Numbered from the stretch's first letter, positions 26,039 through 39,368 are shown. The stretch is DNA of 64,000 nucleotides from Octopus vulgaris (GCA_951406725.2 OX597842.1:4340001-4404000); one strand, 5' to 3'. A program made the numbers and translations. The notes: generated by a model not told the origin, from the sequence alone.

Positions 26039-26040
<2 letters not shown>
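25645..26040. mobile_element. PLE pseudo-LTR-like element with inverted partial duplication, between TA tracts
   Basis: 25750-25859 is a diverged inverted copy of 25928-26037. Confidence 0.65.
25919..26007 (+). ncRNA. Type I hammerhead ribozyme with intact core and extended helix II
   Basis: ATGCAG-CTGAAGA-TTGCTCCA...TGGAGTCGCAT-GAAAC-GATC-GTA-CTGCAT. Confidence 0.75.
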
Positions 26041-26080
<40 letters not shown>

Positions 26081-26249
26081 GCACATATATGTACACATAT
26101 AAATACATAAATCTGTCTCATTCATAGTCATACACTCACACACACACATATACACACTCACACATACACCCTTCATTTTATATCTCTCTGCTAATGACAT
26201 TAATGTGGTTGAGCGGTCTTCGTCTTTTAATACTGTATGAAAGGCTCCA

Positions 26250-26770
26250 GAATATCACATTTGATATGATCTGCAAGAGGCTTCAAAACATCTTAGCAAT
26301 TGTGTATTTCAAAGCCAACAAGACTGACTTCTTCGGGGTATATGTAGAGAGCATTCTTCTGTATAGAGCTGAAACCGGTAATATGAAGAAGAGAGTTCAA
26401 GATCGCCTTGATGTCACGCACACCAAGTTTCTTATGAACGATTAGAATCATATAAGGCTTGAACACAAGACCAAACAGGAGATTTATAGGCACATTCCAC
26501 ACGTCTCTGCCATTATATGTAATATACGGTGTTAAAAGACTTCAATTAACTGAGATTATCTAAGCTATTAGTATACAAAAACTCCCTCTGGGCGTGCTTG
26601 ATAACTTGAAAAGAAATAGCAAGGGAGGACGTAAGACAGATACGATCAATAAAATGGAAGTTTTGGGATAAATATAGAATATGTAATATGGTGGTCGTGT
26701 AATTCTCCTGTGTTTATTTGACAACGTTGCGAAGTCACGTGATTTCATGGCCAGGGGAGATAATCGCGTG
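26250..26770 (+). mobile_element. Degenerate RTE-clade LINE 3' fragment
   Basis: FFGVYVESILLYRAETGNMKKRVQDRLDVTHTKFLM resembles the LLYG.ETW post-RT region. Confidence 0.55.
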
Positions 26771-27203
26771 TGCTAATATATACCTACTTGGATAATAACT
26801 TGTGTTGTATTGACCGTTGTTTAATATGAGTGATGACTGGTTGAATAAGGTTAATGAATGTTATATACATAATGTACAAGCATATATATATATATATATT
26901 CATTCGAACACACCCTTACATACACACATGTTCATAAGTTTATGCCTATACGCACGCACAGCTATATACGTTTATATATACAGGCACACAGATATACACA
27001 CTAACTCGTACAATCAACACAAAGATCTCACTCTTATATACAAACACGAAGACGAATATATAGATACATACTCACACATATATGCACACGTCCACAAGAT
27101 TATAAAGAAATACGCACACAAAGATACGCATACGACCACAGTCTGTATAGAAGACAACCACAGTCATATATATACACACACATATAAGCATCACTTGAAA
27201 CGC

Positions 27204-27258
<55 letters not shown>

Positions 27259-27624
27259 CACGCACACATTCACGAACCATACACACACATTCAACGAACC
27301 ATACACACACACACACATTCACGAACCATACACACACACACACATTCACGAACCATACACACACACACATACGCGGCGTGCATTCACACATATACGTGGA
27401 GCACATAGACATATACATACGCACATTTTACATATATGTACAAGCATGTACACACTCTCATACCCATAGATAATATATACACATACATGTATATACACAC
27501 GCTGTAACATCTGCTTTAGCCGGCAGCCATTAGCATTTCAACAAAATATCGCCAAAAGATACTGAAGATCCTTTCTGTCTTGTTTTTTGAGGTTTTTTCC
27601 ATAATTTTTCTGTTTCATTCCTCA

Positions 27625-27663
<39 letters not shown>

Positions 27664-27849
27664 GGTGGATGGGTGTGGGGATTATACGCATGTGTGTGTG
27701 TGGCGAGGGGTGTATTCCTCCACGTGTTCGTATGTTGTTCTCCATGCATGAAGGCAAGTACGCATGCGCGCGCGCGTGTGTGTGTCTACGTGTAAATATA
27801 TATATATGTCCATGCGATAATCTCCACTAAGTACTATCATTCTGTATAG

Positions 27850-28870
27850 ATATGTGTGTGTATGTTTATAAATGTATATACATATGTGTGTGTGTGTGTG
27901 TATGTATATGTATGTGTAAATATATGTATGTGTGTATATATATGTGTGTGTATATATGTATGTGTAAATTTATCTATGTGTATATATATGTGTGTGTGTG
28001 TATATATGTATGTGTAAATTTATCTATGTGTATATATGTGTGTGTGTGTATATATGTATGTGTAAATATATGTATGTATATATATATGTGTGTGTGTATA
28101 TATGTATGTGTAAATATATGTATGTGTATATATATATATGTGTGTGTGTATATATGTATGTGTAAATATATGTATGTGTATATATATATATGTGTGTGTG
28201 TGTTTATATATATTTGTGTGTGTGTGTGCATATATATGTGCATGTGTTAATGTGTGTACATACACGCATGTGTGTGTGAGATATAAATTATGACATAGAC
28301 TTACATGTTGTGGGAGACGAGGAGAGAAAGGGGGAGAACACAAAGAGGAAGGATGTATAAAATGGCTCCCAGATATGGTGTTAGCTTTTTGTTCTACAGT
28401 CAGTCAATAGTCTTGCCCAAGGACCAGAGTGCTGTTTCCAAGATGTGTACGTGCGCACGTGTTTTCCTGTCTATGTATGTATGCATGTATGTATGTATGT
28501 ATGTATGCATGCATGCATGCATGCATGTATGCATGCATGCATGCATGCATGTATGTATGTATGTATGTATGCATGCATGCATGCATGTATGTATGTATGT
28601 TTGTATGTATGTATGTACGTGTGTGTGCATTTTTGTATACCGGTTTGCACGTTATTTTGCGAACAAAGCAAAATTTTTAAAAACAAAGAATTTGAAGATA
28701 TATATACACGTGTATATATATATATGTATATACACATGTGTATATGTATACGCACATATAAATATATATATACATATATACACACATATGTGTATATGTA
28801 TACACGCATGTAAATATATATATACATTCACACACATAAATACATATGTGTATGTACGTGTGTGTATATA
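27850..28870. repeat. Compound TA/TG minisatellite and (CATG)/(TATG)n
   Basis: Direct reading. Confidence 0.85.
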
Positions 28871-28929
28871 ATGCTGATTCCATGCAATTTTCTTAATATC
28901 GATTTTCACTTAAAACTGATAAGACATCT

Positions 28930-28971
<42 letters not shown>

Positions 28972-29154
28972 TTCACATTTGTACATAGATACGTAAACAC
29001 GCGCTCCCATGTACACAGGAGCACGCGTGTTCGTATAAAAAGCAGCTTCGGCTTACTCGTCCATAGATGCAGAGAAAGAGAAAGGGATGAGAGAGAGGCA
29101 GGAGAGAGTGGGAGGGAGGGAGAGCAAGTGTATGCGCGTATGTGTGTGTGTATG

Positions 29155-29186
<32 letters not shown>

Positions 29187-29259
29187 TACAAGGTCTACAC
29201 AGACACATGTGTATGTTGCTGGGCCGTGCACGAGTGCTTCGTGATGGCCCTACAACCAC

Positions 29260-29335
<76 letters not shown>

Positions 29336-29486
29336 TTATATATATATATAAATATATATATAGAGAGAGAGAGATGTGTATGTGTGTGTATTCATAGGTA
29401 TGCATATGAGTGTTTTTATGCACGACACAACTGAAGCACACACGTGTGTGAGTGTGTGGATATGTGTGTGTCTGCGTAGTATTGTG

Positions 29487-29531
<45 letters not shown>

Positions 29532-29767
29532 ATGCACATACACACACAGTCACGCACATATATACTATTGACCACGCGCATACACCTGTGTATGTATGCA
29601 TACGTTTATTCATGTCTATGCGTATACACATAGACATACGCACACATGCGCACATTTACCCTTGTGTACATATATGTATATTGATAGACAGAGAGACATA
29701 TAACCAGTGAGTGTACACAAACACACGTGAACATCTATGCACACACACACTTATATATATACACACA

Positions 29768-29799
<32 letters not shown>

Positions 29800-29804
<5 letters not shown>

Positions 29805-30014
29805 AACACATAAATGTGAAACAAGGTGGAAAAAAGAGTACTCAAATACCAGTGGTAGAGTAATATGCTTTATTTTAAGCAGCAGAATATTCAACAAAAT
29901 CTGTTACTCTGAGTTTCTCGTTGTCGTTCATCAGACAGTTTTTGCTGTCTGATGAACGACAACGAGAAACTCAGAGTAACAGATTTTGTTGAATTTTCTG
30001 CTGCTTAAAATAAA

Positions 30015-30020
<6 letters not shown>
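29800..30020. mobile_element. PLE-terminus-like element with a foldback palindrome carrying two hammerheads
   Basis: Arms 29863-29938 and 29945-30020; same family at 36260-36413 and 46620-46690. Confidence 0.7.
29945..29982 (+). ncRNA. Minimal type I hammerhead (mirror copy at 29901-29938, minus)
   Basis: CTGT-CTGATGA-ACGACAACGA-GAAAC-TCAGA-GTA-ACAG. Confidence 0.65.
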
Positions 30021-30370
<350 letters not shown>

Positions 30371-30998
30371 TTCAACCCATGCCAGCATGGTAGGCGGACG
30401 TTAAACGATGATTATGACTATATACACTGTATATGCACCCCAGCGCATGCGTGCATGTATGAGCGCGTGTTTATGTAATTTGCGCACATACATGTAACAC
30501 ATTCATGCCTTTATGTGTAGCAAGGCATACACAGATACATACATGTGTATGTGTGTGTGTTGCTGGGCCGTGCACGAGTGCTTCGTGATGGCCCTACAAA
30601 CACACTCACACACACACACAATCGTTGCGCCACTCAAATGTCCCACTTCTGGTAGAAACACAGTCTTCACACAAACTTTGTTTTACGCCATCTTTATGCA
30701 AATCTCACTGACAATGAAACTTTGGGACGGAGAGTAGAATGGGAAACGGGACGGACTGGAAGTAGCGGGTGGTGGTGGTGGTGGGGCATTGTGGGATATG
30801 AAATATGGCGTTCATAAAGGCAGCGATGTCATGTTGTCTTTCATAGTGAATTAACGGTTATGGTTGAAGCGGCGGCGGCGGCGGTTGTGGTGATTGTGAA
30901 TTGGGTGGTGGTGTTGGTGGGTGTTGTGGTCGTGATTTTCGAATTGGGGTGGTTTTGGTTGATGATAGTGATCAGGATTGTGGTGTTGGTGGTAGTTG

Positions 30999-31275
30999 AG
31001 GCGCGCGGCTTTGTGGTTAGGGTACTCGGCTCACGATCGGAACGTCGTGACTTCGATTCTCGGTGTCGCGTTGAGTCCTTGAGCAAGACACTTTACTCCA
31101 CAATGCTCCAGTCCTGGCAAAAATGAGTTGTACCTGTAATTAAAAGGGGCCAGCCTTGTCACCTTCACTGAATGTCCCTGAGAACTACGTTAAGGGTATG
31201 AGTGCTCAACCACTAATAATTCTTTAAGGTGGAGCCCCAGCATGGCCGCAGTCACTGAAGCAAGTAAAAGATAAC
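30999..31275 (+). mobile_element. Chimeric SINE: family C body joined to family A tail
   Basis: C-type sequence to about 31215, then CCAGCATGGCCGCAGTCACTGAAGCAAGTAAAAG. Confidence 0.65.
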
Positions 31276-31754
31276 AGATAATATATATTTTTATGACGCA
31301 AGTGATAAACAACTGCTCTAGACAGTAGAGTTACAGAATAATTTAATGAGAGATATGAAGAGGGGAAAATTAATTAAATAATCATGTGAGATAGGAAAAA
31401 ATGGAGATCAAACGGAATTGCAACAAACACAGGTATATACAAACATGGCAATCAATGAAGTGAACAATGTACGATGTAGACAAACGAAAATAAGATTAAA
31501 AGGAATATTATAGATACGTAATATTATAAATACGTTAATTTAATACGTAAAACTGAGCAAGAAGCCAAACGGAGTAAGAGGCATAAAAACTGTCTTCCCC
31601 CCTTGGCTGTGCGGTAAGCATCGTGTTTCCCAACCTCATGGTTCCTGGCTCAGTCCCGCAGCGTGGCACGTTGGGCAAATGTCTCCTTCTATAGTTTCGG
31701 GTTGACTAAAGCCTTTTGAGTGGACTTGGTAGGCGGAAACCGAGAAGAGGCTAA

Positions 31755-31860
31755 AGGTAAAGTCGTCCTCGACGGAATTTGAACTCAGAACATAAAGACG
31801 GACGAAATGCCGCTAAGCATTTCGACCGGCGTGCTAACGTTTCTGCTAGCTCGCCGCCTT
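31755..31860 (-). mobile_element. SINE family B 5' part
   Basis: Reverse complement of the AGGCGGCGAGCTAGCAGAAACG head. Confidence 0.75.
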
Positions 31861-31877
31861 GAATAATAATAATAATA

Positions 31878-32332
31878 ATGCCGATACACACAGACAGAGA
31901 AATTAAGGCCAACAGACCAGATATAGTTGCCAGAGATCATGAAGAAAAAGAATGCTTTCTAATTGATGTATCAATACCAGCAGATGACAACGTGTCTCTA
32001 AAAGAAATGGAGAAACTCTCAAAATACAAAGACCTGGAAATAGAGGTAACCAGAATGTGGAATCTAAAGAGAGAAACAATTCCTATCATAGTAGGTGCAT
32101 TAGGCATGATAAAAAAATATTCAGACAAATACATAACAAAAACACCAGGACTTACAAACACATATAACATACAGAAAATTGCACTACTAGGCACTGCACA
32201 CATCCTACACAGAACACTTTCCATACAATAACCATCAGAGCATCACAACAAATCACAGCACATACCTAAGGCACACAGAGCTGTGCTCGGTAGTGAAGTG
32301 AAAGCACGCTATAAAAAATAAAACTACTGAAT
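31878..32332 (+). mobile_element. 3' end of an R4/Dong-like non-LTR retrotransposon (restriction-like endonuclease plus 3' UTR)
   Basis: ORF 31878-32231: ANRPDIV..CFLIDVSIP..KEMEKLSKYKDL..PIIVGALG..QKIALLGTAHIL; (AAT)n on both sides. Confidence 0.85.
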
Positions 32333-33101
32333 AATAATAATAATAATAATAATAATCCTTTCTAGTATAGACCTCGGCGCTCACCGCCTTAATAGTAATA
32401 ACAATAATAATAGTAATAATAATTAATAAGTAAAAAGTTTTATCGGTCTCTTATTTGCCAAAAGAACGACAAATGGGAAATAGAATTACCATAATGAGTA
32501 GAAAAATGAAAGGTAAAAACAAAATGGGTGGCTTGCATCATGTGGAAATATGGAAGTATATGTGGATGTTGTTATATGTGTCCTGAACGGGGGAGACTCA
32601 ATCACCCAGGGCAAAGTAGAGACACAAGAAAGGAAGGTAGGATGAGATAAGGGGAAAGAGAAAGAAAAGGCATGAAGGCATAATAGGGGGGAGCCAGGCT
32701 GACAGACGTAAACGGGGACTGAGAGAAATGGAGGAAAGAAATAGCGGCCATCTGGAAAGCATTTCGGCTTCCGGTCGTTTGGGGAAATAGTCGAGTTATT
32801 TGGTGTGTACACCTATTACGGAACAACTAATGTTGGGGTGGGTAAAGAGAGGGATTTAACGGGGGTTGGGCGGGCGTAAAATACGATGGTGCTGTTCTTT
32901 GTTTTCTTCACTCCGAGTCAGCGTTCGTTTAGAAGACACACAGACACACACTCGTGTGTATTGTGGATGCCGGTTATTGGGATTTGCTTGCGAGGGGACC
33001 TTCTAGAAGATAACAATCGACGACTGAGAACGTTAAAAGCTGTGTCTGGAACACAGGAATAATTTCTTAACAAGAACACTTTGATCGCATTGTCTAGCTT
33101 C

Positions 33102-33147
<46 letters not shown>

Positions 33148-33148
33148 A

Positions 33149-33556
33149 TACTCTTTACTCTGTTACTTGTTTCAGTCATGTGACTGTGGCCATGCTGGAG
33201 TAACGCCTTTAATCGAGCAAATCGACCCCAGGTATTATTTCTTGTAAGCCTAGTACTTATTCCATCGGTCTGTTTTGCCGAACCGCTAAGTTACGGGGAC
33301 ATAAACACACCAGCGATGTTGGAGGGGGGGGACAGACACAGACGCTCAAACACACATACACATACACACACACACACACGCGCGCATACACACACACACA
33401 CACACACACACGCATATATATATACGATGGGCTTCTTTCAGTTTCCGTCTTCCAAATCCACTCAAGGCTTTGGTCAGCCTGACACTATAGTAGAAGACCC
33501 TTGTCCAAAGTACCACGCAGTGGGACTGAACCTGGAACCATGTGGTTGGTAAGCAA
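33149..33556 (-). mobile_element. SINE family A copy
   Basis: Homology to the family, internal CA tract. Confidence 0.8.
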
Positions 33557-33598
33557 GCATGCATGTATGTATGTGTGTGTGTGTGTGTGTGTGTGTAC

Positions 33599-33722
33599 AG
33601 GCGCATGGCTTAGTGGTGAGGGTATTGTACTCACGATCGTAAGACTGTGGTTTCGATTCCTCGACAAGGCGATACGTTCTGTTCTTGAGCAAAACACTTC
33701 ACGTTGCTGCAGTCCAATCAGT
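33599..33722 (+). mobile_element. SINE family C head
   Basis: AGGCGCATGGCTTAGTGG..TTTCGATTCC. Confidence 0.7.
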
Positions 33723-33904
33723 TGGGATTCTTGTGATGGTCTGCTGTGTTTTCCTCTCATTGTCTGGTCGCCTGCAAATCTCACAGCTTCTGTCAGATGT
33801 TCCCTACACTTCACTCTGGTATATGGCCAGACGACTTCTTGAAAAACATTATAGTCTCCCAGACAGACAGACAGGCAGGCAGGTAAGTAGATAGATAGGT
33901 AGGT

Positions 33905-34140
33905 AGGCGGTGAGCTGGCAGAATCGTTAACACGCCGGGCGAAATGCGTAGCCGTATTTCGTCTGCCGTTACGTTCTGAGTTCAAATTCCGCCGAGGTCG
34001 ACTTTGCCTTTCATCCTTTCGGGGTCGATAAATTAAGTACCAGTTACTCACTGGGGTTGATATAATCGACTTAATATGTTTGTCTGTCCTTGTTTGTCCT
34101 TTCTGTGTTTAGCCCCTTGTGGGTAGTAAAGAAATAGGTA
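33905..34140 (+). mobile_element. SINE family B, near-complete young copy
   Basis: Complete head, core and tail ending AAAGAAATAGGT. Confidence 0.88.
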
Positions 34141-34487
34141 GGTATGTAGGTAGAGTGATTGGTTGATTGATTATGTACAACAATTACTCGTTATACACTG
34201 CATAGGTTTGCACAGTACTTGGTTATTATCAATAAGTTGATTAATGATGCCTCGCTTGGTTGATTAATTAGGAGTCCTGTTGATAATACTTGTGAGCACT
34301 CAGTTGACCAGATACTTGCATGAAGTGCTACCGAGGTGACAGCATGGATTCAAACAATCTGCTTATTATTTCAAGGAAATTAATTGCCCCAGAATACTAG
34401 GTATTGAACCAGTATTTCCTTGGATGAAATCATCCCTTCATGAGTTTAACACAACCTCTCTAATCGTATTATATAATATTATATATA

Positions 34488-34790
34488 GGCCTGCAACATC
34501 AATATTGGCAATTGGGAAGCAGTTGCCAGCAACCGTGGAGATTGGCGACGTACCGTAGAAGAGGGAATACAAAGGAGTGACTGAGAGAGAGAAGAGAAAT
34601 GGAAAGACAAGAAAAGACGTCAACAAGAAACTATGGCATTACAACCAGCCAGTACTTGCCAGAGGGAGTGTTTGTCCAGGATAGGACTACACAGCCACAG
34701 CAGGAAATGTATTAGGATATGAAATGTAAAAGCCGGACTAGATTATTTTATGCGCAACTCCATTGTCTCCCGAGACAAAAAGGATGCCAA

Positions 34791-34793
<3 letters not shown>
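34488..34793 (+). mobile_element. 3' end of a second RTE LINE family
   Basis: NWEAVASNRGDWRRTV...TCQRECLSRIGLHSHSRKC, then terminus CCATTGTCTCCCGAGAC..GGATGCCAACC, which recurs inverted at 38192-38227. Confidence 0.75.
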
Positions 34794-34847
<54 letters not shown>

Positions 34848-34849
<2 letters not shown>

Positions 34850-35144
34850 AGCACTCTGTCGGTTACGATCAAGGGAACAGCTTGCTCGTGAAATTAACGT
34901 GCAAGTGGCTGAACATTCCACAGACACGTGTACCCTCAACGTATTTCGCAAGGAGATTCAGCGTGACACAGGGTGTGACAAGGCTGGCCCTTTGAAATAC
35001 AGGTACTACTCATTTTTGCCAGCTGAGTGGACTGCAGCAACGTGAAATAAAGTGTCTTGCTCAAGGACACAACGCGTCGCCGGGAATCGGACTCACAACC
35101 GTAGGATCGTGAGCGGAATGTCCTAACCACCAAGCCACGCGCCC
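34848..35144 (-). mobile_element. SINE family C copy
   Basis: Reverse complement of the 353-635 type. Confidence 0.85.
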
Positions 35145-35147
35145 TCA

Positions 35148-35201
<54 letters not shown>

Positions 35202-35206
35202 CCACC

Positions 35207-35436
35207 CTCACCCAATTCATACTCTCGTAGTCATCATCATCATCATCATCATCATCTATTATACAAATGCGTGTCCGTGTGAGTGCATGCAAGAGTATAA
35301 TATATATATATATACAATATATACACATATATATATACATATATACTCTTGCATGCACTCACACGTGCGCACACATAATAGATGATGATGATGATGATGA
35401 TGATAATGATGACTACGAGAGTATGAATTGGGTGAG
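35207..35436. repeat. About 230-bp imperfect foldback palindrome
   Basis: CTCACCCAATTCATACTCTCGTAGTCATC / GATGACTACGAGAGTATGAATTGGGTGAG and GTGAGTGCATGCAAGAGTATA / TATACTCTTGCATGCACTCAC. Confidence 0.85.
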
Positions 35437-36221
35437 TAGCTAGTGGTGGTGGCAGTGGTGGTTTATGTGTTGCTATGGACGTCATCCTCACTCCTACCCT
35501 TCACCCCGTCCGTTCGACTACCACCCCCAATCTATCCCACCCCAACCCAAAACACGCCATCCGACCCCTTCAAGAAGTCAACAACAAGAACATCGTTGAA
35601 TTCTTGCTTGTAATTGAGATAAGATTAACTAAGATGGCGCCACCCGTACTGACAGTGTCGCCATCTATAACATGCCATCCTGGATGGAAGGAAGGAAAGG
35701 ATGGGAAGAAGTCGAGGAGGAAAGAAAGAATATGAGGAAAGAATGTAACGAACGATGACAATATGAAAGAAAAAACAATTGAAAGGAATAATTGAAAATA
35801 GGACAAGAACAGCGCCACCGTCATCACGTGACCACTTCCATCGTCACCACGTGACCCCTACGCCACCAACAACAACGAATGAGAAAATAACAAAACCTTC
35901 GAGTGAAAGATGGTGATATGTCACTAGACAATCATTAACGTGGCCACCACCAAATAAGGTGAAAATTCGGAAAAAATAAAAGAGAAAGAGATCTTTTAGG
36001 TTTTTTTTACCTTGCCTCTATTTGTCATTGGTCATGCTGGAGCACTGCTATACTGAAAGATCAAATCAACCTCAGTTCTTATTTTTGTAAGTCTAATACT
36101 TATTCTATTACTAAGTTTCGGGGACGTAAACAAACCAACACCGGTTGTCAAGTGGTGCGAGTCGAAGGACAAACATACAAACCCCCCCATATATATATAT
36201 ATATATATATATATGGGGGTG

Positions 36222-36259
<38 letters not shown>

Positions 36260-36263
<4 letters not shown>

Positions 36264-36413
36264 GGAGTAAACACATAAATGTGAAACAAGGTGGAAAAAA
36301 GAGTACTCAAATACCAGTGGTAGAGTAATATGCTTTATTTAAAGCAGCAGAAAATTCAACAAAACCTGTTACAGGTAACAGGTTTTGTTGAATTTTCTGC
36401 TGCTTTAAATAAA
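36260..36413. mobile_element. Same family as 29800-30020; palindrome lacking the hammerhead core
   Basis: Arms 36334-36372 and 36375-36413 turning at CTGTTAC-AG-GTAACAG. Confidence 0.75.
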
Positions 36414-36429
36414 ATATATATATATATAT

Positions 36430-37032
36430 TATCAAAATTGAGTTTTAAGGGATCTAGTATCCTGGCGGTCAGTATGTTTTCTCTTGATTCGGTTTCTGAT
36501 GTCGGCTAACCACAACGGTCCCTTTTGTGATAAGTTGCTAGGCTCTGGTAACTTTCCGAGACGGGTAAATCCGAGTGCCCTGTTAAGGACTGCATAATTT
36601 CTGTAGATTAAGTAATAGTAGTAACAACGATTAGGAGAACGGGGATCTTTCACATCCTTAATTTTATTTAACAATTTGGACCTAAATGTGGTTCAACTGC
36701 GGCGACGGCACACTTTTGGAACCTAGCATCATGGTCGGCGCAGCTTCGTTAGGGTCCATACCAACTGCCGTTTCGAAGTAAAACTGAAGGAATCAACAAA
36801 CAATGAATAAAGTGTTTTGTTGGAGGTAAGGGGGCCACTATTAATAGTTGTAGAAACCTTAACCTAGGGTTCATGTCTACGAAATGTGGAAGATGAAACG
36901 AAACTACACCGATCATGATTCTACGTTGCAGTTGCAGCAGTTGAAACACGTGTAGGTCCCATAAAGATGCTGTAAATAAACTGCTAAATAAAATTATGGA
37001 TGTGAAAAATCTCCGTTCTCCTTATCATCATT
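36430..37032. mobile_element. PLE-terminus-like element with two diverged inverted hammerhead-bearing copies
   Basis: Minus 36678-36757 GGACC-CTAACGA-AGCTGC..GCAGTT-GAACC-ACAT-TTA-GGTCC; plus 36897-36959 AACGA-AACTAC..GCAGTT-GAAAC-ACGT-GTA-GGTCC; shared downstream flank. Confidence 0.6.
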
Positions 37033-37069
37033 TGTATATACATACATACATACATACATACATGATTTT

Positions 37070-37838
37070 ACCGGATATACAGTAAAGTAGGGTCAGTTGG
37101 GCACTGTCTGTGATAAACAGCCCCATGACGCAATTCACTCTGCCAGAAATTTGGAAACGACATGCTGTAGCCCGAAGCTCCAATACGAACATTTCCGAGT
37201 GTTTGGGTGTGAATCTGAGGACAGTGCAGAGGATTCGGATACATAAAAGCCAAGCATCCAGTCAACATCATGGTGTTTGGATTGATCACTAGTGATGCCG
37301 ACGTTATGCCTCCATTCCATCTTCTCACTCAAGACGGAGGCAGACATCAAGTGCCTGGAGGAGGTAGTGCTGGCCTGGGTCAAGAGGGGTGGTTGCTGGA
37401 AAACCTTATGTCTGACAACAGGATTCTGCACCATACCACACAAGCAGGAGAACCCAGTCATGGTTGTCAGTCAATTTCTGCGACCACATTACCCCTAACA
37501 TCTCGCCATCTAATTCCCCAGACTGCAACCCCCTTAATTATTATGTGTGGGGCGCAGTTGAGCTAGAGAGTAACAAAACTCCTTGTAACACCAAAGATAA
37601 ACTGAAGGCAAGGATTATGGCAGCATTCACTAACAAGGAGACCGTCCAGAAAAGTTGCAGGAGATTTCGAAGTCATCTGGGGGCTGTGGTTGAAACCAAT
37701 GGCGATTTTATTGAATAAATTTACTCTTTAGTATTTCAAGATATTTGAATGTAATTTTGGTAAATATATCTGTTAAAATGAGATGTCAGTATCATTTTCA
37801 ATTTTGTGTAATTTAGACGACAGTTTATTCACCGCACC

Positions 37839-37840
<2 letters not shown>
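37070..37840 (+). mobile_element. Internally deleted maT/DD37D-like transposon
   Basis: TNISECLGVNLRTVQRIR, MVFGLITSDADVMPP, SNSPDCNPLNYYVWGAVE, AVVETNGDFIE*; right end CAGTTTATTCACCGCACCTTG. Confidence 0.85.
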
Positions 37841-38185
<345 letters not shown>

Positions 38186-38243
38186 TATATATTGGTTGGC
38201 ATCCTTTGTGTCTCGGGAGACAATGGATATATATATATATATC

Positions 38244-38630
38244 ATCTTTTGTCTTGTTTCAGCCATTAGACTGTGGCCATACTGGAGTACTGCCTTGAGG
38301 AATTTTAGTCGAACTAATCGACCCCAGTACTTATTTTCTTTTTAAGCCCGGTACTTACTCTTTTGGTAGCTAAGTTACGGGTACGTAAACTCACCAACAC
38401 CGGTTGTCGAGCGGCGGTGGGGAACAAGCACACACACACACACACACACACATAGATATAGATATATATACGACAGGTTTCTTTCAGTTTCCGTTGATGA
38501 AACCCAGTAACATGGCTCTGGTCGGTCCGAGGTTATATTAGAAGACACTTGCCCAAGGTGCTACTCAGTAGGAATGAACCTGGAACTATGATGTACTTGG
38601 GATGCAAACTTATTACCACAAAGCCACGCT
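38244..38630 (-). mobile_element. SINE family A copy (older)
   Basis: Homology to the family. Confidence 0.7.
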
Positions 38631-39263
38631 AATCTTTATATCCAACTTAACTTGGATGCCTTGTTTAAGCATCGAATATTGTGTTTTTAGCCTCAAGAGA
38701 TCCTCTCACATAGGCGTTTGATGCATAAAAGCACACACAAAGAACGTAGCGGACAAAATTCGACGAGATTCCTCACAGTCTCCGTCTACCTGATTCACTA
38801 ACTAGGCATTGATCGTCACAGAGCTATAAGAGAAGAGACTTGTTGTGTCGCCAAGGTGCAACGCAGTGGGACTGAACCCGAAACCAAGAGTTTACAAAGC
38901 GAATTTCGTAACAACCCAGTCATGCCTGCGTTTGCAATAGAAAATTCTAAAAATTTTTTCAAAAAAACGAAACAAATTCATGGACAGATTAACTAAGTTG
39001 GCGATGGTGGGAGTTAAAGGATTTTGAAAATGTCGCGCGTTGGACAGCAAACTACTTTTGAATAAATGGTCGCAGAAATGTTCTCTAGTAACAGAAAACT
39101 GGAGTTTTTAATGAGGCAGCATGACCGAAATCTAGCCCACAATCTCGATGTGCCGGGTTAATTTAACTTATCAAGGAACCGATCCGAAATTGCGTCTACA
39201 AGATAAGTTTTGAAGAAACCTGTCGAATGCATTGTACCTACGTGGATATGTCTGTATTTATAG

Positions 39264-39295
<32 letters not shown>

Positions 39296-39305
39296 GCAGG
39301 CAGCC

Positions 39306-39368
<63 letters not shown>

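Noticed and set aside
36962-36995. Apparent left TIR of the maT element (AAGATGCTGTAAATAAACTG)
   Set aside because: It lies within the inverted hammerhead-element copy that matches 36626-36700; the resemblance to the right end is probably chance.
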